Shown piece after piece: positions 28,587 to 38,459 of a stretch of 64,000 nucleotides of DNA; within the stretch, counting starts at the first letter, position 1; each line of letters starts with the position of its first letter. Position numbers and translations under genes: made by a program. A model generated the notes under the pieces. The model did no database searches. It had not been told where the DNA came from and saw only the letters and a program-made list of their open reading frames with translations. The stretch is from an uncultured delta proteobacterium. Its GTDB lineage: Bacteria; Desulfobacterota; Syntrophobacteria; BM002. The DNA lies in the NCBI GenBank assembly GCA_963712115.1, contig CAVQGX010000031.1, forward strand, positions 32,001 to 96,000, written 5' to 3'.

Positions 28587-30251
28587 ATGGAAAAGCGCGT
28601 TCTGTTAGCCATAGTTCTGTGCATAATTGTGCTTGTATTGTGGGAGAAGTTTTTTGTTCCCAAAAGGAAACCCGCTCCCCCCACTACCTCTCCCGAGATT
28701 GAACAAACTACCCCTACCCCGGTGAAGCCAGAGGCTGTAGAGCAACCTCAGTTACCTGTTAGCCAAACTCCCCCAGTGTCGCCCCCGTCCTTTCCACCTC
28801 AGGTGGCTTACACAGGCAAGGATGTGGTGGTAGAAACCCCTCTTTACCGGGCGGTTTTCACTGAGACTGGTGCTAGGCTTAAAAGCTTTGTTCTTCAACA
28901 CTTTCGTGAAACCATAGATAAAAACTCCCCGGGAAAGGAATTGGTTAAGACCAGCAAAATCGAAGAATTGCCTCTCCCATTTAATTTTGTCAATAACCCG
29001 GTGGCAGCCTTGAATCTGGCGCCTTATATTGCCGATCAACCGTCTTTGAAGGTCGCTAGCGGCGAGACCAAACCGCTTACCTTCCGATACGAGGCACCGG
29101 GTTGGCTGAGAATTACCCGTCAGTGTGTGTTCTATGCGGACAAATACCTTATCGATCTCAGCATCAGGGTTGAAAACCTAAGCAGTCAGGCGTGGGAAAA
29201 CTCTCCCACTTTGAGCCTAATCAACTTGCCTATTTCCACTTCCGGTGGAAGCCGCTACACCTTTCAAGGTCCTGCTCTCTTTTCCAACGATGAATTGCAG
29301 GAGGTGAAGATCAAAAAGATCAAAGAAGAGACGCAGTTTCCCGGGCCCATTGATTGGATCGCTTATACCAGTCAGTACTTCACCATGGCCGTGGTCCCCA
29401 TAGATTTGGCCCCTAATCATGGTCAGCTCAAGGTCCTGGATACTGACAGACAGATGGTGGAAACCACCTTTATTGGCCCCAAGATAACTCTGCAACCCGG
29501 GGCCCAGCAGGAATTCCGTTATAAACTTTACTTGGGACCCAAGGAAGAGGGTTACTTAAAGGCCGCTGATCCCAAGCTCAAGGACATGATTAATTACGGT
29601 TGGTTTGATATCATTGCCCAGCCCCTTCTGAAGTGCCTCAAATTTTTCAACCGCTTTACCCATAACTACGGGGTGGACATCATCATTCTGACTATCCTGA
29701 TTAAACTTCTTTTCTGGCCCCTTACCCACAAGAGTTATGTGTCTATGCAGCAAATGAAAAAACTGCAGCCTAAGATGCAAAAGATACGGGAGAAATACAA
29801 AGATGACAAAGAAAAGATGAACCAGGAAGTCATGCAAATGTATAGAACCCATAAGGTAAATCCTGTGGGCGGGTGTTTACCCATGATTTTGCAGATTCCG
29901 GTTTTTTTCGCCCTGTATAGAGTGCTTTACAGCGCCTTAGCCATCCGCCACGCTCCCTTTATGTTGTGGATTAACGACCTGGCGGCGCCAGATCGTCTGT
30001 ATGTGGGCATCAACATCCCTTATCTTGGTGGACTTCCTGTATTGACTCTGCTAATGGGCGTCTCTATGTTCGTCCAGCAGAAAATGTCGCCCACCACTGG
30101 TGACCCCAGGCAAGAAAAAATGATGTTAATGATGCCTGTGGTCTTTACCGTGTTTTTTGTCAATTTTCCCAGCGGGCTGGTGCTTTACTGGTTGGTCAAC
30201 AACGTACTGTCAATTGGGCAGCAACATTACATCAACAAGAAAGCAGCCTGA
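28587..30251 (+). CDS. yidC: Membrane protein insertase
   Basis: YGWF, NYG..II.LT, GGCLP..LQIPVF, WI.DL..PD, PSGLVLYW. Confidence 0.96.
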   Translation: MEKRVLLAIVLCIIVLVLWEKFFVPKRKPAPPTTSPEIEQTTPTPVKPEAVEQPQLPVSQTPPVSPPSFPPQVAYTGKDVVVETPLYRAVFTETGARLKSFVLQHFRETIDKNSPGKELVKTSKIEELPLPFNFVNNPVAALNLAPYIADQPSLKVASGETKPLTFRYEAPGWLRITRQCVFYADKYLIDLSIRVENLSSQAWENSPTLSLINLPISTSGGSRYTFQGPALFSNDELQEVKIKKIKEETQFPGPIDWIAYTSQYFTMAVVPIDLAPNHGQLKVLDTDRQMVETTFIGPKITLQPGAQQEFRYKLYLGPKEEGYLKAADPKLKDMINYGWFDIIAQPLLKCLKFFNRFTHNYGVDIIILTILIKLLFWPLTHKSYVSMQQMKKLQPKMQKIREKYKDDKEKMNQEVMQMYRTHKVNPVGGCLPMILQIPVFFALYRVLYSALAIRHAPFMLWINDLAAPDRLYVGINIPYLGGLPVLTLLMGVSMFVQQKMSPTTGDPRQEKMMLMMPVVFTVFFVNFPSGLVLYWLVNNVLSIGQQHYINKKAA

Positions 30252-30304
30252 GGATGATTATTACTGACATCTGCTTAGTCTATGTTCATATGGCCTGCTG
30301 AATT

Positions 30305-31030
30305 ATGGAGGAAATCATGTCTGCAATGGAAATTGAGGGAAAATCAGTTGAAGAGGCCATCGAAATGGCCTGTCAACGCTTAAGCCTTCCTGCAGATCAG
30401 CTCGAAATTGAAATTGTCTCCCATGGCTCATCGGGGATCTTTGGTATCGGTACCAGAAACGCCAAAATTCTGGTGTCCCCGAAAGAAACCGGTGATGCAG
30501 CCTCGCTCGAAGAAGCCAAAGAGATACTGGAAAACATTCTGACTCACATTCAGATTCCAGCCACGGTAGAGGCTAACTGGTTGGAAAATCGGATCAAACT
30601 GGACATATCGAGCAACGGCTCTGGTTTGCTCATAGGCAAGCGGGGCCAGACTCTCCACTCTTTGCAATTTATAGTTAACAAGATGTTTAACCGGCGAGGA
30701 TCGAAAAAAGCCCACATTATCATAGATACTGAAAATTATCGGGAAAGGAGACGCCAGGCTCTTACGGAAGTTGCTCTGAATTTGGCAAACCGGGCTAAGA
30801 AATCTGGTAGGCCGGCAACCAGCAGTCCTCTCAGCGCCTACGACCGCCGCATCATTCACCTAGCTATAAAAGATGATCGCCAGGTGCGGACCAAAAGTAA
30901 GGGCGATGGTGCCTTGCGCAAAGTAGTAGTCTTCCCGGTGAAAAAAGAGACTTCTTCAAGAAAACGGAGCAACCGGCATCACTCCACGACCCGTTCCCCA
31001 TCCGACCCGAGTGGTTCCGGGGAGAAATGA
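30305..31030 (+). CDS. jag: Jag/EloR RNA-binding protein (Jag_N, KH, R3H)
   Basis: GKSVEEA, LIGKRGQTL.SLQ, YDRRIIH. Confidence 0.93.
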   Translation: MEEIMSAMEIEGKSVEEAIEMACQRLSLPADQLEIEIVSHGSSGIFGIGTRNAKILVSPKETGDAASLEEAKEILENILTHIQIPATVEANWLENRIKLDISSNGSGLLIGKRGQTLHSLQFIVNKMFNRRGSKKAHIIIDTENYRERRRQALTEVALNLANRAKKSGRPATSSPLSAYDRRIIHLAIKDDRQVRTKSKGDGALRKVVVFPVKKETSSRKRSNRHHSTTRSPSDPSGSGEK

Positions 31031-32421
31031 AAGTCTGTGAGCCTCTAGAAGACACTATTGCTGCCATAGCCACCCCCATAGGAACTGGTGGTATCGGCAT
31101 TATAAAGATCAGCGGCCCTGAGGCCTGGGCCATGGGCCGCCATCTCTTTCAGCTCTCTGGATCTCCGGAAACCATACAATCCCACCACCTCTATCACGGC
31201 CACATCATTGAGCCTGGAACTCATAGGACTGTAGACGAAGTGCTCATAAGCTTCATGCGCGGGCCGGCAACTTACACTCGGGAAGACGTTGTCGAGATCA
31301 ATTGTCACAGCGGCCTCGCGGTACTGGACCGCATTCTAGAATTGGTAATTCGGGCTGGTGCACGGTTGGCTGAACCCGGCGAGTTCACCCGGCGGGCCTT
31401 CTTGAACGGGCGCATTGATTTGACCCAGGCGGAAGCCGTTTTAGACCTGGTTAGCTCAAAAACTAAACGAAGCCTTCATCTTGCCAGCGAACACCTGAAA
31501 GGCGGCCTGCAAACCATAATTACTGAACTGCGCAGCCATCTACTTGACACACTAGCAATGGTGGAGGCTGCCATAGATTTTCCAGAGGAAGATTTAGAAA
31601 TTCTTGTAGAGGCAGACCTTGCCTTACGAGTACGTCAGCAGGTTAAAGAGCCCATCACCAAACTGCTCGAGCATTATGAGGACGGTCGTATCTTGAGAGA
31701 GGGGTTGTCGGTCATTATCGCCGGCAAACCCAACGTTGGGAAATCCAGCCTGCTTAATAATCTGCTCCGCTCCAACCGTGCCCTGGTTACTCCCGTTCCT
31801 GGCACCACTCGTGATGTTATTGAAGAGAGCCTGAGTCTCAGAGGAATTCCACTGCGACTGGTGGACACCGCTGGCCTGCGCCAACCGGACGATCTTGTGG
31901 AAAAACTGGGGATGGAATTCACTAGAGAGCGGTTGTCTCAAGCTGATCTGGTGCTTTTCGTCTTAGACCGAAGCAGCTCATTGACCTCAGAGGATCTGCA
32001 GATCTATGAAGATATTAACAGCAAGCCAAGAGTCGTCGTTTTAAACAAAATTGACCTCGATCCCCATCCAGATTTCGCCACCATCAGTGACCGCTTTCCG
32101 GATGAGACATTAGTTGAGATCTCTGCCCTTCATGGTGACGGTATGGAGCAGTTGAAGGACGCCGTTTTCCATACCATTCTCGGCCGAAGACTGGACACAG
32201 AGACTTCAGTGGTAGCCCCAAACTTGCGCCATAAGCTCTGCCTGGAGCACAGTCTGGAGGCAGTGCATCGGGCTTTGCAACTTCTCGACAACCAATCTTC
32301 AGCCGAACTGATTGCTCTGGAAGTGCAGGAGGCTTTGGCTCACCTGGGAGAGGTTATAGGTTTGACCACCACCGAGGATTTACTGGATAAAATCTTCAGT
32401 CAATTTTGCCTTGGAAAATAA
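31027..32421 (+). CDS. mnmE: tRNA modification GTPase
   Basis: DTIAAIATP, GEFTRRAFLNG, GKPNVGKSS, GTTRD, DTAG, NKID, FCLGK. Confidence 0.97.
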   Translation: MKVCEPLEDTIAAIATPIGTGGIGIIKISGPEAWAMGRHLFQLSGSPETIQSHHLYHGHIIEPGTHRTVDEVLISFMRGPATYTREDVVEINCHSGLAVLDRILELVIRAGARLAEPGEFTRRAFLNGRIDLTQAEAVLDLVSSKTKRSLHLASEHLKGGLQTIITELRSHLLDTLAMVEAAIDFPEEDLEILVEADLALRVRQQVKEPITKLLEHYEDGRILREGLSVIIAGKPNVGKSSLLNNLLRSNRALVTPVPGTTRDVIEESLSLRGIPLRLVDTAGLRQPDDLVEKLGMEFTRERLSQADLVLFVLDRSSSLTSEDLQIYEDINSKPRVVVLNKIDLDPHPDFATISDRFPDETLVEISALHGDGMEQLKDAVFHTILGRRLDTETSVVAPNLRHKLCLEHSLEAVHRALQLLDNQSSAELIALEVQEALAHLGEVIGLTTTEDLLDKIFSQFCLGK

Positions 32422-32544
32422 AAAACGAAAAATCTTATACCTGCAAGGGCCGCAGGGATTCTTCGTTTGTTTTGGCCCATCGGCAAGCTCATGGTGAACG
32501 GAAGGGCCTAGAATGACGGTTAACAGTTTCCGGCTGGACGGTAA

Positions 32545-32757
32545 TTACATCTCGATACAGACGAAATCACCACTTTCGTCACGGATACATAGATTTTCTT
32601 TATTGTAACTCGTCATTTCGCCGCATCTTGGGCAAGGAGGCCGGTTTTTAACTAGCCCATCCAAATCAAAGTTTTTCTTGTCTTTGAAGCTAACGGAGGT
32701 TGGAACCCATTCGCGGCAACGCATGCAGCGTACATGAATTTCTTTGGCCTTGGACAC
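32545..32757 (-). CDS. Small zinc-ribbon-like hypothetical protein
   Basis: CMRC and CPRC pairs; AGGAG upstream of GTG. Confidence 0.6.
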   Translation of the reverse strand: MSKAKEIHVRCMRCREWVPTSVSFKDKKNFDLDGLVKNRPPCPRCGEMTSYNKENLCIRDESGDFVCIEM

Positions 32758-33042
32758 TTTAAATCTCCTAATTTTTGTCTCTAGTCTTGGCGAGATCGGG
32801 GAGTAGTCTCCTTCCTTATGTTTAAACGATTTCTTACCAGATTGCTAGCCATAGCGCAACACAAATGGATTGCTGGTCTCACTTCCTTTGATACTAAGAC
32901 AAACAGGTTCACCGGGGAGCAAAGGCTTCGAGAGCATGACCTCATTGGCAGCGGCAAGAACATAACGTGTGCTCAGCCGTAATTGGGCAAGTTTGATGCC
33001 GCAGAATCGAACTGATGTTGGAACTCCTGAGGATCTCTTTAA

Positions 33043-33708
33043 TTGGAAGATAAATTGGTCAAGGTCAGACAAGGAGACTTGCTCCGGCAAGCGTCGCATG
33101 AGGTGGGAGTCTCCCTGGGGGATTCTCAGATAGAGCTTTTTGAACTCTACTTGCAGGAGCTTCTGGAGTGGAACAAGACTTTTAATCTCACCGGGATTAG
33201 AGATCCCGAAGATATTGTCATCAAGCACTTCGTGGATTCGCTCACTCCCTTGCCTTACTTGCAACCTTCTGGTCGACTACTGGATATTGGCCCAGGAGCG
33301 GGGTTCCCCTCGATCCCTCTTAAGATTGCTGCTTCTAAACTTCAGGTTCAACTTGTGGAAGCAAGCCGCAAAAAGGTTTCATTTCTCAAGCACATAATAC
33401 GCACCCTCAAACTGGAGTCAATTGTTGCACTGCACAGCCGCTTTGAGGATGTGGAACTAATAGACGAACCTTTCAACTATATCATTTCCCGAGCTTTTAC
33501 CCGCCTCGAGCCACTGCTTAAACTTGTTGCTCCTCTAATGGAACCTGGTAATACTCTTGTTGCCATGTTGGGCCCGACAACTGCCAAAGATCATCCTAGA
33601 TTTGCGGATCGCGCCCTGGCTGAAAGTCTCGAACTTAATCGAGTGGTCTCACTGCAACTCCCCCGGGGCCGGGGAGGTAGGACCCTGCTTTTCTTTCAAA
33701 AGAGGTAG
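33043..33708 (+). CDS. rsmG: 16S rRNA m7G527 methyltransferase
   Basis: WN..FNLT, KHFVDSL, DIGPGAGFP, KKVSFL, SRAF. Confidence 0.93.
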   Translation: MEDKLVKVRQGDLLRQASHEVGVSLGDSQIELFELYLQELLEWNKTFNLTGIRDPEDIVIKHFVDSLTPLPYLQPSGRLLDIGPGAGFPSIPLKIAASKLQVQLVEASRKKVSFLKHIIRTLKLESIVALHSRFEDVELIDEPFNYIISRAFTRLEPLLKLVAPLMEPGNTLVAMLGPTTAKDHPRFADRALAESLELNRVVSLQLPRGRGGRTLLFFQKR

Positions 33709-33754
33709 TTCTAATAGATAAGGGGAGTACTTTTTGCGAAGGGAAGACAAAAGC

Positions 33755-34085
33755 TAGCAGCAATCAGCTTGCAGCGGGCAGCTGTTTCAACTAGGCACTA
33801 GGAACTAAGCACTAGGCAGCCACGGGACGACACGGGGAGGCGGAGAGACGGAGACGCGGCGAGCAAGTTAGAGGACAGAGGTCGGAAGTCGGAGATCAGA
33901 GATCAGTATTGCCCCTGACATCTGACGTCTGATCTCTGACTTCTGACTTCTTGCTCTATGCTCCATGCCCTATGCCTTTTTAAATTCGCAATCAGAAATT
34001 CTCGTCTTTCTGATTTCCGACCTCTGACCTCCGACCTCTGACCTCTAACTCCATGCTATGCTCTATGCCTCTTCGCTATGCGTTT
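33755..34085. repeat. Multi-family short-repeat array
   Basis: CACTAGG, ACGG(A/G)G(A/G), G(A/G)TCAGA then CTCTGAC, TGCTCTA, AATCCG-like units in succession. Confidence 0.8.
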
Positions 34086-34089
34086 TGCC

Positions 34090-34890
34090 CTAGCTGTCCT
34101 GAGCCTGTCGAAGGATGCGCTCTAAGTCGAAGGTGGCCCAGACTGGAATGTGGTCGGATGGCTTGGGCAAAGAACGCTGTTCTTTGTCCATCCCACATTC
34201 CAGGCTTAGAGAAGCCAGTGGCGGTGAAGCCCAGAGGTGATCGATCCTCAAACCCATGTCACGGCGGAAGGCGCCAGCCCGATAGTCCCACCAGCTATAA
34301 AGACCACCTTCCTCGTGGTGTCGGCGGAAGACGTCCTCAAATCCCCACTTCTTTAATTCTGCCAGGGCAGAGCGCTCTTCTGGGTGAAAGCCAATCTCTC
34401 CTTCCATCTCTGCGGCATCATAGACGTCGCGGGCTTCGGGAGCGATGTTAAAATCTCCAACTAAAACCAGGTGCTCTTCAACTAGGTGCAACCGTTCCAT
34501 ATATTTACTTAGCTGGTTTATGAATTCCAGCTTATAGGTGAACTTAGGGGAATCGGGAGCTGAACCGTTAGGAACATAGACGTTCACCACCCTCACCTGG
34601 CCCACTGTTGCAGCAATTAACCTTTTCTGACCTTCGGCATCATAGTCAGGGAATCCTGCCAGAACTTCGGTGGCATCGTACCTGCTCAGGATGGCAACCC
34701 CGTTGTAGGTCTTTTGCCCGCTCACGGCTACTTGATAGCCGAGAGCCTCAAAAGGTTCAGCAGGAAACAGTTCATCTGTGACCTTTATTTCTTGCAGGCA
34801 AAGAACGTCTGGCTGCTCCTGGTCTATCCAGTTCATAACTGCTTGTAACCGTACCCGTATGGAGTTCACATTCCAGGTCACGATTTTCAT
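34090..34890 (-). CDS. xth: Exodeoxyribonuclease III
   Basis: TWNVNS, CLQE, YNGVA, YVPNG, GDFNIA, WWDYR, RIDH, PSDH. Confidence 0.95.
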   Translation of the reverse strand: MKIVTWNVNSIRVRLQAVMNWIDQEQPDVLCLQEIKVTDELFPAEPFEALGYQVAVSGQKTYNGVAILSRYDATEVLAGFPDYDAEGQKRLIAATVGQVRVVNVYVPNGSAPDSPKFTYKLEFINQLSKYMERLHLVEEHLVLVGDFNIAPEARDVYDAAEMEGEIGFHPEERSALAELKKWGFEDVFRRHHEEGGLYSWWDYRAGAFRRDMGLRIDHLWASPPLASLSLECGMDKEQRSLPKPSDHIPVWATFDLERILRQAQDS

Positions 34891-34939
34891 GGCAAGCACC
34901 GCCCGTCAGTCAATGGTCTTCAACCACAAGCTTTGCGCA

Positions 34940-35110
34940 GTCAGTAGCCAGAATCCAGAGAGGCATACGGCTCAGGGCTCACGGCGCAAGGAAAAAAATT
35001 GGTCTTCTACTGCCTTTTGCCTTGCGTCTTGAGCCTTACGCCTTATCCAAATTCGCAATCCGCAATCCGAAATCCTACCCTATGCCCTATGCTCTCTGCT
35101 CCATGCACCA
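34940..35110. repeat. Mirror heptamer array
   Basis: ggcatacggctcagggctcacggcgcaagg ... ccttgcgtcttgagccttacgcctt, then AATCCG(C/A) and CCCTATG units. Confidence 0.75.
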
Positions 35111-35188
35111 GAAGCACCGGCTCTTGAAGAAATGAGATCCAGGTATTATATTAATACAAATTCCTAGCAAATAGGGGGGGGGAATAAA

Positions 35189-35389
35189 ATGCCAATTTTT
35201 GAATATAGCTGCGAAAGTTGTAATTATACCTTTGACAAGCTGGTGATGCACCAGGAAACTAGGGAGAACTGCCCACTCTGCCAGGGAGACGTAAAGAAGC
35301 TCATGTCAACCTTTGCAGTTGGAACATCTGACAGCGGGGCCAGTAAGATACCATCTACACCGAGTCGCCCCATGTGCACCACTTGCTGA
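35189..35389 (+). CDS. FmdB-family zinc ribbon protein
   Basis: MPIFEYSC..C...F, CPLC, KLMSTF. Confidence 0.85.
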   Translation: MPIFEYSCESCNYTFDKLVMHQETRENCPLCQGDVKKLMSTFAVGTSDSGASKIPSTPSRPMCTTC

Positions 35390-35413
35390 GATGGTGACAT
35401 CTCCTTGCAAGGC

Positions 35414-37051
35414 CTAGAGTTGTGATCGGGGTCCCTGTCTTCTGGCATCCCCTTGCTGACTTTGTTGCAAATACCCCTTGGACAAGATCTCGTGTACACA
35501 ATGGTGGAGTGGTTGTTCAGTGTTGATTGGTAGATGTAAACTGTCCCACAACTCATCCAGTGGCTCAAATACTTGGCTTTGAGCTTTCAAATGCTGTAAC
35601 CGTGCATCTGATATTGACTTTTGCTTTTCCCGCCCGGTTAGCCTCTGGCGCAAAGTAGATTGCCTACATCGGCACTCGATGAAGATTACATTTGCCTCCA
35701 TTTGCTCGGCGAGCCTCCGAGCTAATACCCTGTGCTGGAGTCTGCCAAAAGTACCATCCAGAATAACTGACCTGCCTCGGGACATATCTTTTCGAGCTTC
35801 TAGCAGCAACTGCTCATAGGTCCTGTCGCTGGCGGCTGGGGTGTAAATCGACTCACCAAAGGGTTTTACAACCTGCTGCTCGGGACTAAGCCCAAAGAGT
35901 CTTTTCCGGATAACATCGGATCTATAACACTTCAGGTTCATTCGTTTTCCCAGCTCTGCGGCTACAGTGCTCTTACCGCTGCCGCTCAACCCGCAGACGA
36001 TCCAGATGGTCTGTCGACTGAAAGTGTCTGCATACCTCCAGGCCAACTCAAAATAGCTCCGGGCTCTTGCCTTAGCTAAACCTGCCTCTGGTGCTGAAAG
36101 GTCTCCTGCCCCATACCTCAAACACTCAACTTTGCAGCGCACATGAGCCCTATAGCACTTGTAGAAATCAATAAGCAGGAAGATCTCCGGATCATCCGCC
36201 GACTGAGCATACCCGGCTAGCAATTTCTGCCCAATATCTGCGAAGCCGTTATAGTCCAGGTCCATTGCTAGGAAAGCCAAGTCAGAAGCCGAATCACCGT
36301 ACCTAAACCGTTCATTGAACTCTATACAGTCGATAATAGATATGGAGTCCGCAAAATATATGTGGCCCAATCGGAGATCACCATGACAGTCCCGGATGCA
36401 CCCAGATTTTATGCGGCGGTCAAAAAGCTCCGCCTTAGAGTTAAGAAAAGTCCGTACCCACCGGTGCAGATCAGAGAATTGCACCCTGTCCAGAATGGTT
36501 GAAACAAAAGGATTTGTCTGGACGAAATCCTCTTCGATGTTAATCCAGATAAGCTCCCTAGAACCCATGGGGTCAATCTCTGGCCCTTTCTCTGTCTTTT
36601 GGTAAAACCGCACCAGGATCTGAACCAAATCCCGTAACATGTTGAGGCTGAATTCATTCCGTCGCAGTAGTTGCAGCATCGTTCTCTCTTTTGGGAGTTG
36701 GCGCATTTTCACGGCGTATTCCACTGGTTTGCCAGGACCATTTAAAGCGTACCCTGTTGGCTCCTGGGTAATAGGCACCACATCTAGATATACATTTTCG
36801 CTGAGACGCTTATTGAGCAAGACCTCCTGTTTACAGTATCGGAGTCGTTTTTTCAGGGTCGTATAGTCCAAAAAGCCAAAATCCACCGGTTTTTTTACCT
36901 TGTAGACAAAGTCACCGGTTAGAAAAACTCTTGAAATGTGGGTCTCTTCTACCTGAATCGTACTTACTGGATGAGGATAGAAGTCAGGGTTGCTGAGAGC
37001 CGACAGGATCGCGGCTTGATGTTTAGTATCGCTTTGGCTCTCCGCCTTCAT
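35414..37051 (-). CDS. Aminoglycoside-phosphotransferase-like / AAA kinase fusion
   Basis: ETHIS.VFL, YKVKKPV, DCHGDL, DCIEFN, GLSGSGKST, SDARL. Confidence 0.9.
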   Translation of the reverse strand: MKAESQSDTKHQAAILSALSNPDFYPHPVSTIQVEETHISRVFLTGDFVYKVKKPVDFGFLDYTTLKKRLRYCKQEVLLNKRLSENVYLDVVPITQEPTGYALNGPGKPVEYAVKMRQLPKERTMLQLLRRNEFSLNMLRDLVQILVRFYQKTEKGPEIDPMGSRELIWINIEEDFVQTNPFVSTILDRVQFSDLHRWVRTFLNSKAELFDRRIKSGCIRDCHGDLRLGHIYFADSISIIDCIEFNERFRYGDSASDLAFLAMDLDYNGFADIGQKLLAGYAQSADDPEIFLLIDFYKCYRAHVRCKVECLRYGAGDLSAPEAGLAKARARSYFELAWRYADTFSRQTIWIVCGLSGSGKSTVAAELGKRMNLKCYRSDVIRKRLFGLSPEQQVVKPFGESIYTPAASDRTYEQLLLEARKDMSRGRSVILDGTFGRLQHRVLARRLAEQMEANVIFIECRCRQSTLRQRLTGREKQKSISDARLQHLKAQSQVFEPLDELWDSLHLPINTEQPLHHCVHEILSKGYLQQSQQGDARRQGPRSQL

Positions 37052-37277
37052 CCCATTGACTCCTTTGATCGATCTAGAGGAAGGCCAGCATCTTTGTCAT
37101 TATATCACTTATATTGTGTTCTTTTGGGGTCAGACTTTTCCCGCCGGTTGAGCTACCACTCTTGAAGCTTGCAATAAAAAGCAGTACCAGCACACCCCCC
37201 ATTCCGGTATAGTTATTAGAGGATTTGAGATCTCGGATTGCGGCTTTCGGATTGATGAATGACGCAACTTTGGAGTT

Positions 37278-38225
37278 ATGACTGCAAAACCCATTATCGT
37301 AGTTGCCATTGGTGGAAACGGTATCTGCCCTTCAGAGCCTGGCGCAGAGATGTCCTTTACTGCCCAGCTCATACACACCAAACGAACTCTTTGGAATTTG
37401 ATCTCCTTGTTCAACCATTTCCAGGTGGTCATCACCCACGGTAATGGACCACAGGCTGGTCTGGTCTATGAGAAAATGATCCCCACGACACCCTTTGGGG
37501 TAGTGACCCTAGTCACTACTTCCCAGATAAGTTCGGCCATTACCCGAGCCTACGAGGAACTTATAATAGAAAACAATCTGCAGGATCTTCCACCCATGGA
37601 ACCTGTTCTCTCCTGGGTCAAGGTAGACCCCCATGATCCTGGTTTTTCCACTCCTAGTAAACCTGTGGGCCAACAACTCTCCGGCGATGAGGTAGCCGAG
37701 CTCCTGCGATATCACCCTGAATACCTTTTCACCGATTATGGCAAGGGTAAACGTAGACTGATCGCTTCGCCTCAGCCCCAAGAAATTCTGAATATTACCG
37801 ACATCCGAGAGGTCATCGAGGACGGTAAGGTGCCGGTGGCTCTTGGCGGTGGCGGCATACCGGTATTTCTGGACAATCACGGCCGAAAGGAAATCACCAA
37901 CGGAATCCTCGACAAGGATCTCTCCTCTGCTTTGCTGGCCAGCAATCTGGCGGCGGAGAATTTCCTCATCCTCACAAACGAGCAAGGTGTGTTCACTGGC
38001 TACTCCACACCTTCTCAGCGGTTTCACCCCCAGATAAAGTCTTCCCAAGTTCAAAGCTGGCTCAATGAGGGAGAATTTCCGCCCGGTTCCATGGGGCCAA
38101 AGGTTGAAGCTGCACTCCAGTTTCTTGCGGCCAACCCTAATGGGCGGGTCATTGTTGGTCACGTTGAAGAAAGGGCGGAAAAACTCTTGGGCGGGAGCGG
38201 AGGCACCACCATCACCGTCGGCTGA
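37278..38225 (+). CDS. arcC: Carbamate kinase-like protein
   Basis: AIGGN, THGNGPQ, DP.F..P.KPVG, GGGGIPV, DKD, GSMGPKVEAA. Confidence 0.8.
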   Translation: MTAKPIIVVAIGGNGICPSEPGAEMSFTAQLIHTKRTLWNLISLFNHFQVVITHGNGPQAGLVYEKMIPTTPFGVVTLVTTSQISSAITRAYEELIIENNLQDLPPMEPVLSWVKVDPHDPGFSTPSKPVGQQLSGDEVAELLRYHPEYLFTDYGKGKRRLIASPQPQEILNITDIREVIEDGKVPVALGGGGIPVFLDNHGRKEITNGILDKDLSSALLASNLAAENFLILTNEQGVFTGYSTPSQRFHPQIKSSQVQSWLNEGEFPPGSMGPKVEAALQFLAANPNGRVIVGHVEERAEKLLGGSGGTTITVG

Positions 38226-38238
38226 TGTGGTCAGCCGG

Positions 38239-38402
38239 AAATCCAAAATGCTAAGCAAGAAGCACTAAACAAATCCCAATCACCAAAATTTAAATTACCA
38301 AAACGTTAAGAGTTCTGACTCTCTTTCACAGTGGTTGTTTTGGACATTTGGAAATTCGGATTTTTAATTTGTTTAGGATTTCGATATTCGGATTTCGGAT
38401 TT
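38239..38402. repeat. AT-rich palindromic element (same family as 14799-14930 and 17728-17887)
   Basis: aaatcc...ctaagc..gaagcac.aaacaaatccca ... tttgttt.ggattt.gatattcggatttcggattt shared with 17728-17887. Confidence 0.8.
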
Positions 38403-38459
38403 TCTTATGGAGCGAGAGGCTCAGGAGAGGTTCAAATACTGGAAATACGCACCGTAATG

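Noticed and set aside
32781-33042. mnmG remnant before rsmG
   Set aside because: No recognisable MnmG motifs in the listed frames; cannot support a pseudogene call.
35387-35402. TGA after CTTC of the FmdB protein as selenocysteine
   Set aside because: The hairpin GAGATG-gtga-CATCTC overlaps the TGA, too close for a SECIS, and read-through runs into the convergent gene; best read as a stop.
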